Source of the DNA: Camelus dromedarius
Taxonomy: Eukaryota
NCBI RefSeq assembly: GCF_036321535.1
Contig: NC_087436.1
Coordinates: 65,412,001 to 65,476,000, forward strand
Length of the DNA: 64,000 nt
Direction of reading: 5' to 3'
The notes beneath the pieces are model-generated. The model searched no databases. It saw only the letters and a list, made by a program, of their open reading frames with translations, and was not told the DNA's origin. The position numbers were made by a program, and so were the translations under genes. Shown piece after piece: positions 24,761 through 38,320 of this stretch; the first letter of the stretch is position 1, and each line of letters begins with the position of its first letter.

Positions 24761-26849
24761 CTCTAGATTCTATCTATCTTGTGAACATTAATACTAAGAT
24801 TTTAAGACAGCTCAGTATCACCTACTGTGAAGTCAATAACCCTATATTGATGTAATAGTTAATAATAATAGTTAACAGTTTTAATAATAATTAACATTAA
24901 CTTTACGTACCAATTGTACTAAATGTATTATTTTACCATCATATCTAGGGTACTTTATTATATTTATCCTTTATACATTAATTTATTAAATGTTTAATGA
25001 GTATTTACTATGTGTTAGTTCTAGAAATAAAGATGGCTGTGTCACAGTTCCTCCCCTTTTTGCTACTTCTTTCCAAGAGAACAGTCTGCTCTATGTCTTT
25101 CTCTATAATTCCTGTAAGACTCTTGGAGGGCAAGAGCCTGGAATTATTTGTTTTTCTAACAATAATATTTAGCAAATATTAATACTTTTCATATAAATGC
25201 ACAAATAAAGTAGCATTAAATGTTTCATAATTAAAATACTAGTTTTCCAACAAAGTGTGTCTCTAATATGCCGGACAAAAAGGTTTTCTTAACTGTCAGG
25301 CAAATTCTTATGAAACAATTGCAATATTATTTGATTCAAGGAGAAGATAAGCACAACTCAAAATACAATATCAGGACCCTTAATTAAATAAAATAATTAA
25401 GTAATTAAATTAAATAATTAAAATGTATGATTCTTTAAAAGTATCCTTACTTCTAAAAGAAAATGCAAACTTAAAATCTCTACATATTAACAATTAATTA
25501 AAAAGTTATTCACAGACTAAAAATTGTTAAATAAAATAAACTATATTTTCCTCTGTGTTTTTGGTGACTGTTAAGAATAGTTTAACTAATAAAAAGTGTT
25601 GAAGTTTTCTTTGCACAACTGCAATTAATAAAAAAAAAATTATGGGAAAAGTTTAATAATTTTTAATCAATCACATGCATATTTACTGTAGTATATTTTT
25701 AAAAGTTAGTATAATTTATTGATTTTTACTCAGTCTGAAGACAATGTATTAAAATTCAATCATGATTAAAGTTAATCAGGACATTCAACAGCATTTAAAA
25801 AAGTATCTCATATTTCCAGATTTTTTAAACATCACAGATGGATGTGAAACACTAATTGCTTTTTAAAGAACTATAGAAATAACAACAGATACATTTTGAC
25901 AATCTGTCAGATGTCCTTCAGAAGGAACTATGGTCAATTTATTACTGTGTTTTAATGTTACAGAACTGCTCTTCAAAATAATTTCATTCTTCAACTATAA
26001 CTGTACTTGTGTGGAATATTTGACTAACATCAGCTACTTATCATAAGCCTCTCCACTGTGTATCATAGAGTGGAATGTTACAAAGCCCAGTATGTGTTCA
26101 AGGGAAACTGAAGTTCTCCTTTGTTTCTCTGCCAATATTCAATGACATTGGGATATATAAACAGAATCTTAATTTTAGTACTTATGTGAACTTACAGAAG
26201 GATCTTACTCACTTTATCATTTGTCTGAGATGGTAATTAATTACCTATATATATGCAGGTTTCTTCAATTATTGAAGTAAAAATAACATAGACAAGTATC
26301 AGTTTTATTAATACATAATCAATTTTGAAATAATATTTTATATATTAAACTAAATTTTTCATAACTTTGAACATTCTACATAGTTTGAGGGTTTTCATCT
26401 ACATTATGGAATGCCTGATAAGCAAATAAATTTAAAACATAAAATGACAAAAATAGAGTGTATACTTTGTTTTCTCCCCTGGGAAAATATTTATTTTCTT
26501 GTGCTTCTCAATCTCTAGATTTTTGAGAACAGTAAAAAATATGAAATATTTTTCTTTATATTAAATTAACTTATTCTTTTTTTTTTTTTTTGAAAAATAA
26601 GAAAGGGGAGTGGAAAAAAATCAAAAGGAAGGAAGGAACAAAAAGAAGAAAAGGTGTTTGTTTTTACTTCCTGGTAGTAACTATAGGTATAATCCTTAGG
26701 AGAATTCTCTTAACTCCTACTCCTGGAGAATTTCATAGTGCATTTTTTAAAATTCAATTAAATTGAATATAATTACCTATAAATTCAAAACCCTATGGAT
26801 AGAGTTTATATAATAAAACACTAATATTCAAAGAAGACATATGCTAATT

Positions 26850-29450
26850 GACTCATTTCAATTAAAAATGTAAACATCAAAATCTCCCTCATGATATACC
26901 TTAAAAATGCAGAATAATTCTCCTCAATAGTACATGGACTACATATTACAATCAATCATATGCTGGCTGACCATAAAACAAGTTTTAACAAACTTCAAAC
27001 TTACTGAATCATGATGGAAATGAACTAGATATAAATGATATGAATATAATTTAAAAATACACAAATGTTTGAAAATTAAGCAGTTGTTTTGTAAATAATC
27101 CAGAAAGTAAAACAGTAGTGACAGAAAAAAATTGAACTGGATAAAAATAAAAATATGATCTAAAAATCTGGTGGAATGCAGCTAAAGTAGTGCTTATGGA
27201 AAATGTATAGTTCTAATAAATATATTAGAGAAACTAAATGTTAAAAACATCAAATTCAATTATATAAGTTTTAAAAAAAATACTGTAAAAATACCATAAT
27301 GAAACCCAAAGAAAGTAGAAGGGAACAATAAAAATAAAAACTGAAATCAATGAAATAGAGAACAAATGCATATTAACAAGGTAAAATTTTAGTTTTTTAA
27401 AAATGATATCAATAAAATTAATAAGCCTCAAGAAGAGATTTCTTAACAAGAAAATTAAGGCAAAAAATTTACCAGAATGAGGTATAAAGAGGGGATATCA
27501 AGTCTTGAAGATAATAAAATGAAAATAAAATAGAATAATATAGTCTAATGCCAAAATCTGACAATATGATTAAGTCATCAATTCTTTAAGAAACACAGCT
27601 TTTTAAAATTGAAATAATCAAGTAGGAAAAAAGTATGAATAGGAAACATTTTCAACTCATTTTATGAAGTCAGTATAAGCCTAATATCAAAACCTGACAA
27701 AGTCATAATAAGACTGGAATATTAAATATCTCTCACCAGAACAGATGCAAAAATTAAAAAAAAAACTTTACAAAGTAAATCCCGAATACAAATAAACTAC
27801 TTGAATTTTATTTCAGAAATGCAAGGTTGGATTAATATTTGAATATCACTTCCTGTAATTCAATATATTAACATTAAAAGAAGTTAAACCATTTGAATAT
27901 CTCAATAGATACAAAAATATAGCATTTGATAATATCCAACATCTCTTTCTAAGAAAAAAAATTAAACTCTCAGCAAATTAGAAAAAGAAGAGAGGATCTG
28001 TAATCTAGTAAAGGGTATCTTAAAATAATCTTTCAGTTAGCATGATATTTAACGTATTTGTAAGTAGATGAGGAACTAGACAAGGGTTTTTAACATCACC
28101 ACTTTTTCAACATTTTACTTGATGTCTTAGATATGTAAAATATGTATACAAGGATAAACATGTAGACCAGTGAAACAGATACACTGTCTAGAAATATCAT
28201 ATTTTTACAGATCACATGATTCATGCAAATACGCCATTATATTTCAGTGGGAAAAGGATAATCTTTTCAAATGATGGAACTGGTTCAAATAAATTTTCAT
28301 AGAAAAAAATGAACCATGACCTCCACATCACTCTAAACTTCAAATTTAAACAAGAAACTTTATAGCCCTACATGTGAAAGATAAAATAAGGGATATATAT
28401 ATTTCTTTTAAAGTATCCATTTAAAAATTTAAAAATGTTATTAATGAAAAATAAGAATTTTTGTCATAAAAGGACACTTATATAAATAATAAATCAGCTT
28501 CAGATTGATAATGTATATTTGCCACATATATTGATATGCATATATATATACATTTGCTACTTTCATATGTATGTATATAGATGAATGTGGATATATTTGT
28601 TATCTGTCTAAAATCAACAAATGGTCTATTCAAAATATTTAAAGAATATCTATTGATAAACAGGATGACAGAAAACCCAACAAAAGTGGGCAAACATCTT
28701 GGACAGGAACTTCAGAAAAACATATTTCCAAATAAACAATAAGCATATGGAAAGGTGCTCAACATCAAGTTATTAGAAAATGTAACTAAAACAATGATAC
28801 CAATCACTCCCTGACATTTATAAAGTTAGTCTAACAACATTAAATGTCAGTAAAAGTGAGAAGCAATCAGAACTCTCTTGCTTTACTAATGGAAATATAC
28901 ATGGGTATAACAATTTTGGAAAATTTTTGGTGGTATCCACTAAGCTAAATCTATTCCTATCCTATCTCTTAGCAATTTCACTCCAAGGTAAGGACTCCTC
29001 AAAAATGAGTGACATTATCCACTAAAAAATGTGTAGAAGAATGATTATAGTATTTTTATTCAAAATAGCTCAAAATTAGAAAACTATCCAAATGTACATT
29101 TACAATAGAATAGATAAATTAATTGTAGTATATTCACTGGAATACTATGTAGCAATAAAAACAAAGTACTGCTACACATAATAACATTGGACTTCATGCA
29201 CCAAACAGTGAACCAAAGTAGCAAGATGCAAAAGAATAAATGCAATACAATTCTACTTATGCAGACTTCAAGAACAGGCAAAATTTATCTATGGTGATAG
29301 AAGTCAGAATAGCAGTTATCTTTGGGGATGTTTGATGAGAATATGGTATAGGGAAGCCCTTTGGAGTGCTATGGATGTTCTATATATTAACCAAAATGGC
29401 AATTTTATCCTAAATCTTTGTGTATCATAGTATATTATATCTCAATACAG
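26850..29450 (+). mobile_element. Long degraded L1 (L1ME/L1MD-like), ORF2 through 3' UTR
   Basis: caactcattttatgaagtcagtataagcctaatatcaaaacctgacaaag, cagaaatgcaaggttgg, gaaaggtgctcaacatc and tctatggtgatagaagtcagaatagcagtta. Confidence 0.8.
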
Positions 29451-29459
29451 CTTTATACA

Positions 29460-29750
29460 AAAATCCATCCTGGATGCCACATGAAAATGGTATATAGAGA
29501 AAGAAATTTAGAAATTCTAGCAACAATCCAGGTGATAGTTGATGGGGGCTTGTACTGAAGAATAAATAAATGGGGCAAAGTAGGAAGATTCAGAAAGTGC
29601 CTTTGAGATAGAATTGTCAGGACTTTTCCTTTGAGACAGCATGGGGTAGGCAGGTGAAATAAAATACTCATATAATGTGGGAAGGTTAAGAAAGGGGTAG
29701 AAACAACAGACATTCTTACATAGAAGAACAGAACACATAGCAAGTCCTTA
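29460..29750 (-). mobile_element. L2 fragment
   Basis: ctagcaacaatccaggtgatagttgatgggggcttgtactg...gaagattcagaaagtgcctttgagatagaattgtcaggactt. Confidence 0.45.
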
Positions 29751-31129
29751 TGTTATCTTTAAGTAGTTATTTCCCATAATAAGTACTTATATAAAATAGA
29801 AAAAAAAAAGGGGGGGAAAGTGGTAAAATAACTCCTAATTCCAACTTTTATAGCATATGGATCCTAACATATTCTGGTACTTAACTTGTATTCATAATGT
29901 AAATAATTTTCTGTTTGCCTAGTTATGTGCTTAGTATGCTTATATCTTTTGTGATAAATTATCAAACACACTGCACAGCTGGAAAAAACTTTTTTTTAAC
30001 AAAAAAACCTCATTAGAAATCACCAACTTATCTTTAAGTTCTCTGAACATGTGGTGCAAAATCTGAATTCATGCAGTTATGTGTTATCTGCAGACAGCCT
30101 GCCTCATTGATCTTGCTGTGTGATAGATATATTTTAGGAATGGATTGTGGAGAATGATGATATTTTGCCTAGCTATTTAAATATTTTATGATTAAAAGAT
30201 GTCTTTTTTGTTCAGAATAAGTATTCAGTAGAATATTTTCCAATTTTTTTATTTACTTAATGTTGATAAGCTCTGATGAACTTTAAAATGTTAGGTTCCT
30301 TTTTTTCCTCATTTTCTATAATTTCTCATCTCATTTTTTTAGAATTACCTTTTAGAATGACCATATTATAAGCTATTGCTTTAGAATGGCAGTATTACAA
30401 ACTTTCAAAGTCTTCTAATTAGTTTTTCTTCTGATAACTAAAGGTAAATTTAGATATGCATTTTTATCAGCAGAATGCTGCTATGTAAGTAAAAATATTT
30501 TTTAATCCTTCTGAAATAAAGTTAGCCACTCTAATTAGTTTACCCTGTATGTAGCCAACAGTTAAAACACTACAAATCAGCTATTTTCTAATTGAAAACA
30601 CTTTTAATTATTTTAATATTTGGTTAGTTTTTCATTATAGGTGTCAGTCAACAAAAATGTTTATTTAAAGATGACTGAGATTTTTTATAGTAAAAATTAA
30701 TCATTTTTTCAATCTGTTCCTTACTCAGATTGCAAAGCATTTGTTACCCTGTGACTGCATATCCCAGTCATAACTTAGTAATATAGAGTTGATTTATAAA
30801 TCTGATATCCATATTAAATTATTAGAACAGTGTCTACATATTTTAATGAAAAATATAAAAGATTTTTGGAAGTGTATTCATAGTTTTGATTCTTAAAAAT
30901 GATCTCAAGTCTTTTATTCTCACTAAATGATTTCAAAGTCTGATGGTTTGTTCATTGTTTTTGGTTTTTTGTTTAGTCTTCCAATATTTTCCTTGCTGTG
31001 CCGAGCATTATACAAAAATAGGACTGCATGCATACGAGTCCCACATGAGCTCTTTATCTCTGATTTTTATCACTTTTTACATAAGAGTGAATGAAGGTAT
31101 CAATTATCTATAAAACTGAAATAGTATTC

Positions 31130-31409
31130 TAAATAAAATATCCTCACTGCACTAACATTTTCCCCTCGTAACAATTTTTCACATAAAAGCCAGAGAGAGC
31201 TTTTTAAAATTTCACAGCCAATCTTTTTTTTTTTTGCCAAAAAAAAAACCTTTAATGTCTTTCCACTGTTTTAAGAAAAAACAAAATACTTGACAAGTTC
31301 TCTTGAGATAATCATCCCAAGCTACAGACTCTTCTATATCCTGGCCTGTGTCTATCTTTCCAGCCCCATCTCAGTTCACTCGATGCCTCGCTCAATTTTC
31401 TAACAATAA
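31130..31409 (+). mobile_element. L2 3' region, left part (split by L1 insertion)
   Basis: agccagagagagctttttaaaat...tatatcctggcctgtgtctatctttccagccccatctc. Confidence 0.6.
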
Positions 31410-31425
31410 TGATATTTGAGGTTCT

Positions 31426-33763
31426 ATTTTTTTTCATCTTCTATCCTTACCTTGTTTTTTATTGTTATAGTGGAATAATTGACATACAGTATTGTATTAG
31501 TTTCAGGTGTACAACATATTCAACATTTGTGTGCATCATGAAACGTTCACCACAGTAAGTCTAGTTACCATCTGTCTCCTTACAAATCTAACGGTATTAG
31601 TGGCTGTATTTTTCATGCTGAACACTACAGCCCCATGACTTATTTTTTTAAACCTGGAAATGTATATTTCATAATCCCCTGTGCCCATTTTCCCCCTTTG
31701 GCAACCATTAATCTGTTCTCTGTATCTGTGAGTTTGGGCTTTACTTTGTTTTTTTGTTTTTTTTAGATTTCACAGACAAGTGAAATAATGTGGTATTTGT
31801 CTTTGACTTAATTCACTTAGCTTAATCTCCTCAAAGTCCATCTATGTTGTCACAAATGGCAAAATTCCATTCTTTTTATGGCTAAGTAATATTCCATTGT
31901 GGCACACACATATAAAACATTCTTTAGCCATTTATTTATCAATGGGCATTTAGGTTACTTCCATATCTTGGTATTAAAAATAATGGTGCAATGAACATAG
32001 GGGTGCATATATCTTTCTGAATTAGTGTTTTCATTTTCTTCAGATAGATACTTGGTAGTGGACTGCTGAATCACATAGTAGTGCTATTTTTAATCTGTGG
32101 CAGAACCTCCACGCTGTTTTTCGTAGTGGCTGCACCAATTTACATTCTCACCAACAGTGTATGAGGGACCCCTTCTTTCCCATCCTCACCATCACTTGTT
32201 ATTTATTCTTTTTCATAATAGCCATAGTAATGGATATAAGGTAGTACCTCATTGTGGTCTTGACTTCTAAATTCCTTCATGATTAGTGCTGTTGAACAAC
32301 TTTTCTTCTGCCTGTTGTCTATCTGTATGTCTTCTTCAGAAGAGCAGCAATTGTAATCCCTTCTGGCCTCAAGACCAGGAGATCTGAAGGTGTCCCCTGG
32401 GAGACAGTTGAGAAAATCAGGTCTCCAAATGAGTGTATAAGCTCCTTTCTGGGAAGTCTTGTCAAGCTGTAGCAAGGCCAAGGGGGTACACAGGGTTAGT
32501 GTCTCTGGGCTTAGATTCCTCAGGATGTCTCCTTAGCCACCTGATGTGTGGGAAATCTGAGGCCTGTCCCTCAGGCTGAAGCTCCAGGCTGAGTGAACAG
32601 GCCTTTTTCACAAGAAGACTGGATTTTGTTTCAGTCTGCTGTCTGTGCCGTGGGGGTGGTGACCTTGCAAGAACCGTCTTTTTCAATTCTTATCTTGTGG
32701 AGCTAAGGAATGCCAGCCTTCTTGGCTACTAAGGCCAGGCCACCAGGGCCTGTCCACTGTGTGGACTGCATGTGTCTGCTGGCTTGCTAAAGGCAGCTGG
32801 AGACTGTAGGGGGTGAAGAGTGGGCTTTGGCAGGGAAGCAGGGGAATGCCTTATCTGTTCACACCTGCCAGCTTTAGGCTGAGAGTGGGAAATTGCTGCA
32901 ACTGCTCATGCTTGCCAGCTCTAGTCAGCAAGTAGGGAGTCTCATAACTGTCTATACCCACAGACTTTAGCTATAGAGCAGTAAAAAGCTACAACCATTC
33001 CCATTCACCCACTTAGCCAGGGAGTGGGGGTGTGCTGCAATTTCCTACACTCTCTTGCTCCAGCAAGGCAGTGGGATAGTGCCATGAGTACTCACCCCCA
33101 CTTCTCTCAGAAGGGTGGTGAGACAGCGTTGCATCCAAGATTTCCTGCTCTGCCAGCAGGTTAGGTTAAGGGTACAATCCTGGCATTGGTAAGACTCTGT
33201 CTCTGGGGAGCATTTTGACTGTCCCCTCCTCCTTCAGATAACACTTTAGATTAGCAAATGATCTCCACTTACAGTCTATGTACTTTTTAAAGCTGCTGGT
33301 TTTTTGTTTGTTTGTTTTGCTGGGTCTCAGATTGAGTCAGACCACATGCAAGTCATGTAAGAAGTAAATCTCACTTTTCTGTTGCACTTTGGATCATTTA
33401 GGCTTCAGCCCCTTCAGTTTTCTCAGCCAGATATTTTGGAGGCTTGCCTCTCTGGTGAAGATCTTAGGGGTTGGGGTGCCTGATGGGGGCACCAATCCTT
33501 CACTCCTCCAGGAGAAGTGCCTGGTGAGTGAGGGCCTTTTGTGTGTTTCCATACTGTTGTTTTTGTTTGTCTGTTTGCTTGTTTTTATGGGACCACGTCT
33601 CTGCCTATACTACAAATCTTGATGTGGTCCTTTTATCCTTAGTTGCGGAGAGCAGTTCATCAAGTTTTGAGATCTTTCATAGAGAAAAATGATCCATATG
33701 TAGCTATAGATTTGTTATGTCAGTGGGAGGAGGTGAATTCATGATCTACCTATGCCACCATCT
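31426..33763 (-). mobile_element. Internally deleted L1: complete 5'UTR start fused to ORF2 C-terminus/3'UTR
   Basis: The minus strand begins aagatggtggcataggtagatcatgaattcacctcctcccac (L1 5' terminus), runs ~1.4 kb of GC-richer UTR, then at ~32340 joins SEEDIQIDNRQKKSCSTALIMKE (ORF2 C-terminal [23 protein letters not shown]) and the 3'UTR. TSD tgatatttgag(g/a)ttct at 31410-31425 and 33764-33779 (15/16). Confidence 0.85.
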
Positions 33764-33779
33764 TGATATTTGAGATTCT

Positions 33780-34190
33780 TAAACGTCAGTGCTCATTCCA
33801 GCATCTTGAGCTTTCTATGTGTTTTCCCCAGTATCTGAAGCCCATTGTATCCATCATTACAAACCCCACTTGATCTGCTTATCTCCTGTTTCACTTTCAT
33901 ATTTAAAAGCAACATTTCTGTCCCTAGGAAAGCTTTCCATAACACCGCAAGTGAAATCAGGTTTCCTATTAATGTATTTGTAGTAACTTGCAATCTTCCT
34001 TATAGCATTTACCACTTTTACTCATATTTTTGTTTTGATTACCTGATTAATATCTGCCATTCTTCTACCTTGCAAACTTCAAGAAGTAAAGAATCTTGTC
34101 TTTCTTGCTTATCAGTTTCTCTCATAACTATCATAGTACCTGCCACATTTTAAGTTCTTAATCAGTTGTTGTTGAATAAATGAATAAACT
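33780..34190 (+). mobile_element. L2 3' region, right part, including L2 terminus
   Basis: Continues the L2 from 31409 and ends cttaatcagttgttgttgaataaatgaataaa. Confidence 0.65.
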
Positions 34191-34355
34191 ATAATCATCA
34201 TGTGATCTAAATGTTTATTTTTCCCATTTTTTAAAAAGATATAGGTACAGCAAGATATGTAAGTAGGATAAAGTACCTACTTTTGTATTAACAAAATGTA
34301 TCTAATGCATCATAAGATAAAATCATATTTAATATAATCATAATATAAATTCATA

Positions 34356-36767
34356 TTTTTGTCTGGTTTTGGTATCAGGGTGATATTGGCTTCATTGAAT
34401 GACTTTGGGAGTATTCCCTCCTCTTCAATACTTTGGAAGACTTTGAGAAGGATGGTATAAGTTCTTTGTATGTTTGGTAGAATTCCCCAGTGAAGCCATC
34501 TGGTCCTGGACTTTCGTTTGCAGGGAGTTGTTTTGTTTTTGTTTTGTTTTGTTTTTTACAGATTCCATTTCACTTCTATTGATCAGTCTGTTTAAAGTAT
34601 CTGTTTCTTCTTGATTCAGTTTTGGCAGGCTGTTATGTTTCCGGAAATTGTCCATCGCTTCCAAGTTGCCTATTTTGTTGGTATTTAACTGTTTATAATA
34701 TTTTCTTACGATTTTTTCCATCCCCTCACTTTCAATCTATATGTGTCTCTCACCCCAAAGTAAGTCTCTTGTAGGTAGCATATGTTACATTCTTGTTTTA
34801 TTATCAAACCTGCCACTCAGTCTTTTGATCAGAGCATTTAGTCCACTCCCATTTAAAGTAATTATAGATAAGTATGCATTAATTTCTGTTTTAAACCTTG
34901 TTTTCCAGTTGATTTTTTATTTCTTTTTTATTCCTTTCTTCTTATTTTTGTTTTTCCTTTTGTGGTTTGATGGTTTTCTTTTGTGTTTCTTTGTTTTGGG
35001 TTTTTGTGAATCTACTGTATGTTTTTTATTTGTGGTTATCCTGGTTTTCAAGCATGTTAGCCCATAACTGTATCTACTTGCTTTAGACTTGCAGTCATAT
35101 AAGCTCAAACACATTCTAAAGGATCTATATTTTCTCATACCCACCCCTCACATTTTGTGATTTTGATGTCCTATTTTACAGCTTCAGGTTTATCCTTTTG
35201 CTGTTCATTATAGTTACAGTTGCTTTCACAGATTTTTAAAAATTATTTTTAATCTATGTACTGACTTATTTACATGATATTCAGTCCTTTTATTTGCCTT
35301 TTATATTGTGATTTCCCCCTTCCTATAGATCCTTGCTTGTTTTCTATTTACAGAAGACATTTCAATATTTCTTTTAGGGTGGGTTTAGTAGTATTGATGT
35401 ATTATTTTAGTTTTTGCTTGTCTGGGAAATTATAGGTCAATTTCTTTGATAAATATAGATGCAAAAATCCTCAATAAAATATTAGCAAACCAAACCCAAC
35501 AATACATAAAAAGGATCATAGACTATGATCAAGTTGGATTCATTCCAGGGTCACAAGGATGATTCAACATACACAAATCAATCAATGTGATACACTACAT
35601 CAGCAACAACAAAAAAGGCAAAAACCACATGATCATTTCAAAAGATGCAGAAAGAGCATTTGAAAAAACAAAATCCATTCATGATAAAAACTCTCACCAA
35701 AGTGGGTATAGAAGGAATATATCTCAACATAATAAAAGCTATTTATGACAAAACCACAGCCAACACAATACTCAATGGTGAAAAGCTAAAAAGCCTTCCT
35801 GCTAAATTCTGTAACAAGACAAGGATGTCCACTCTCACCACTCTATTCAACAAACAACCCAATCTAAAAATGGGCAGAAGACCTAAATAGACATTTCTCC
35901 AAGAAGACATGCAGATGGCCAAAAGGCACATGAAAAGATGCTCAACATCACTAATTATCAGAGAAATGCAAATCAAAACTACAAGGATATATCACCTCAC
36001 ATCAGTCAGAATGGCCATCATCAGAAAGTTTACAAATAAATGCTAGAAAAGGTGTGGAGAAAAGGGAACTCTCTTACACTGTTGATAAGAATGTATTTTG
36101 GTGCAGCCACTGTGGAAAACAGTATGAAGGTTTCTTAAAAAACTAAAAATAGAATTACCATATGACCCAGCAATCCCACTTCTGGGCATATATCTGGAAA
36201 ACACAAAAAGATACAAGCACTCCAATGTTCATAATAGCACTAGCTACAAAAGTTAAGACATGGAAGCAATCTAAGTGTTCTTCAACAGATGAATGGATAA
36301 GGAAAATATGGTATATGTATGCAATGGAAGACTACTCAGCCACAAAAAGTAATTATTTTTTGCCATTTTCAGCAACATGGATAGACTTGGAAGGCATTAG
36401 GCTAAGTGAAATAAGACACAGAGAAAGAAAAATACTGTATGATTTCACTTATATGTGGAATCTAAAAATAGTCCAGATGAACTTATTTACAGAACAGAAA
36501 TAGACTCACAGACATAGAAAACCAACTTATGGTTTCCAAAGGGGAAGTGGGGGGAGAGACAAATTAGGATTATAGAATTAATGGATACATACTAACATAT
36601 GTAAAACAGATAAACAACAAGGATTTACTGTATTGCATAGGGAAATACATTCAACCTATAATAGAAAATAACCTATAACAGAAAAGAATTGAAAGAAAGA
36701 ACATATATATCACTTTGCCGTACACCTGAAACTAACCCAAAATAGTAAATCAACTAGACCACTTAAA
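34356..36767 (+). mobile_element. Cetartiodactyl-type L1 with 5' inversion (34356-~35426 antisense, ~35427-36767 sense) and two internal ORF2 deletions
   Basis: The antisense part encodes KIVRKYYKQLNTNKIGNLEAMD...LPKLNQEE and ends at the PKPDK codons. The sense part starts at [21 protein letters not shown] and continues to the 3'UTR and A-tail. Probable TSD aatataaattcata (34342-34355) / aaaatcaattcata (36768-36781), 12/14. Confidence 0.9.
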
Positions 36768-37461
36768 AAAATCAATTCATAACAGTTTTGTCTCATGATT
36801 CTTAGGTGATTAATATTAAGACCTTGGAAATCTGTAAATATTATTAGAATTTTTAAGTAATCCAGTATAAGGCCAAAATGTACAGCATATGGAACAACAC
36901 CTACAGTAAGCACTCAATAAATAAATTTAAGATCTTGAAAGGATATAGTTTTGAATGAAAACAGAGCATGTTATATTAAAGAAGTATTTTCATTATGGTT
37001 TAGTCTACAACACTGTTTCTTTTTGGTTTGGTAGGCTTTTTCTTTCTCTGCAGCACTCCTTACTAAACTGGTCCTTTGTATGGAAATAATGCTTTCTCAA
37101 CTCCAGCACTAAAATGAACCCCCAGTGCTTCAGATCTACCTGTTCATTGATGAATGAGGATCACAAAGGTTACAGGGGATATACTGCTTGTCAGAGGAAA
37201 GAAATATTGATGGTTATTCTAACTCAGCTATTCAGGCAATACTGAACACAGGTGAACCCCAAGGGTACATGCTATGTGCAAATAGGAAGTGCAACATCAA
37301 AGGACAACTGTGTATAGACCTTGGGGCTAAGAAATAATAAATGCTCTAACAGTATTTCCATAAATAAATGTTGGAAAACAAGCTTTTAATTTTGTGTCCT
37401 ATCTAAAACAAACTCCACATATTTTCACAATTTATGAATATGATCCTCATATTACTGTCCT

Positions 37462-37841
37462 TGTTATTGGCTGGATGTTTGTGTCACCCTCAAAATTGAC
37501 ATGTTGGACCCTACTGCCTAATATGATCGTATTAGGAGGCTAATATGTCTTTAGGAGGTACTTAGGATTATATGAGATCATGAGAGTATAGCCCTCATGC
37601 ATGGGATTTGTGCTTTAATAAAAGGCATAAAAGAGTTTGCTTCCACTCTCTGCTCTCTACCATGAGGATACAAGGAGAAGCTGGCAGTCTGAAACCCAGG
37701 AGAGAGACTTCACCAGAACTTGACCATGCTGATGCTCTGACCTCTGACTTCCTGCCTTCAGAAATGTGAGAAATAAATTCTTGTTGTATAAGTGCCCTGA
37801 GTCTATGATATTCTGTTACTGCAGTCAAATTGACTACGACA
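37462..37841 (+). mobile_element. MaLR solo LTR, MLT1A0-like
   Basis: tgttattggctggatgtttgtgtcaccctcaaaatt...ccagaacttgaccatgctgatgctctgacctctgacttcc...gagaaataaattcttgttg...gactacgaca. Confidence 0.85.
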
Positions 37842-37849
37842 ATCTCTGT

Positions 37850-38320
37850 TTCTATGCCTAAAAGAAAGCACCCAAGGTAATGTTCCCTCCTTGTCTCTAC
37901 CCCCCAGCCTGGGGCTGAGCTCCAACATCCCTGAAGAAGGCATGATCATGATTCATTAAATGACAGGAAGTTGCTCTGGTGGTGTGTCAGGGAAACTTGT
38001 GGAAAATCTTTCCTCTGGAACTTGCGGGAAACCTGTCCTCTGGGGTGCCTGGAGAAGCCACTCACAGGGAGGTGTCACTCCTTAGAATTTGCTGTGAACC
38101 CAACCAAAGGGATGCCAGGGGAAGCCATTGGCTTTGAACCGCAGAGCCAGGAGCCACAGATGCTATTAAGTGAGAGGAGCAGGTCAGAACCAGGAAGAGA
38201 AAGTCCCTTCCTCTTCCAGTGTCTTTACTGGCAAAGCACTGAGCTGGCAAAGCCTAGCACTAGTTCAGCTGGCAAAGAAGGAACTGCATAGCTGAGAGGC
38301 AATAAATTGATCACTGTTAC
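37850..38320 (-). mobile_element. ERVL LTR (LTR41/LTR52-like)
   Basis: gaaccaggaagagaaagtcccttcctcttccagtgtc...cagctggcaaagaag...gctgagaggcaataaattgatcactgttaca. Confidence 0.5.

Noticed and set aside
34425..36503. ORFs 34425-34721, 35645-35890 and 36162-36503 as host genes or an active retrotransposon
   Set aside because: They are frameshifted, deleted L1 ORF2 fragments with no intact EN or RT.
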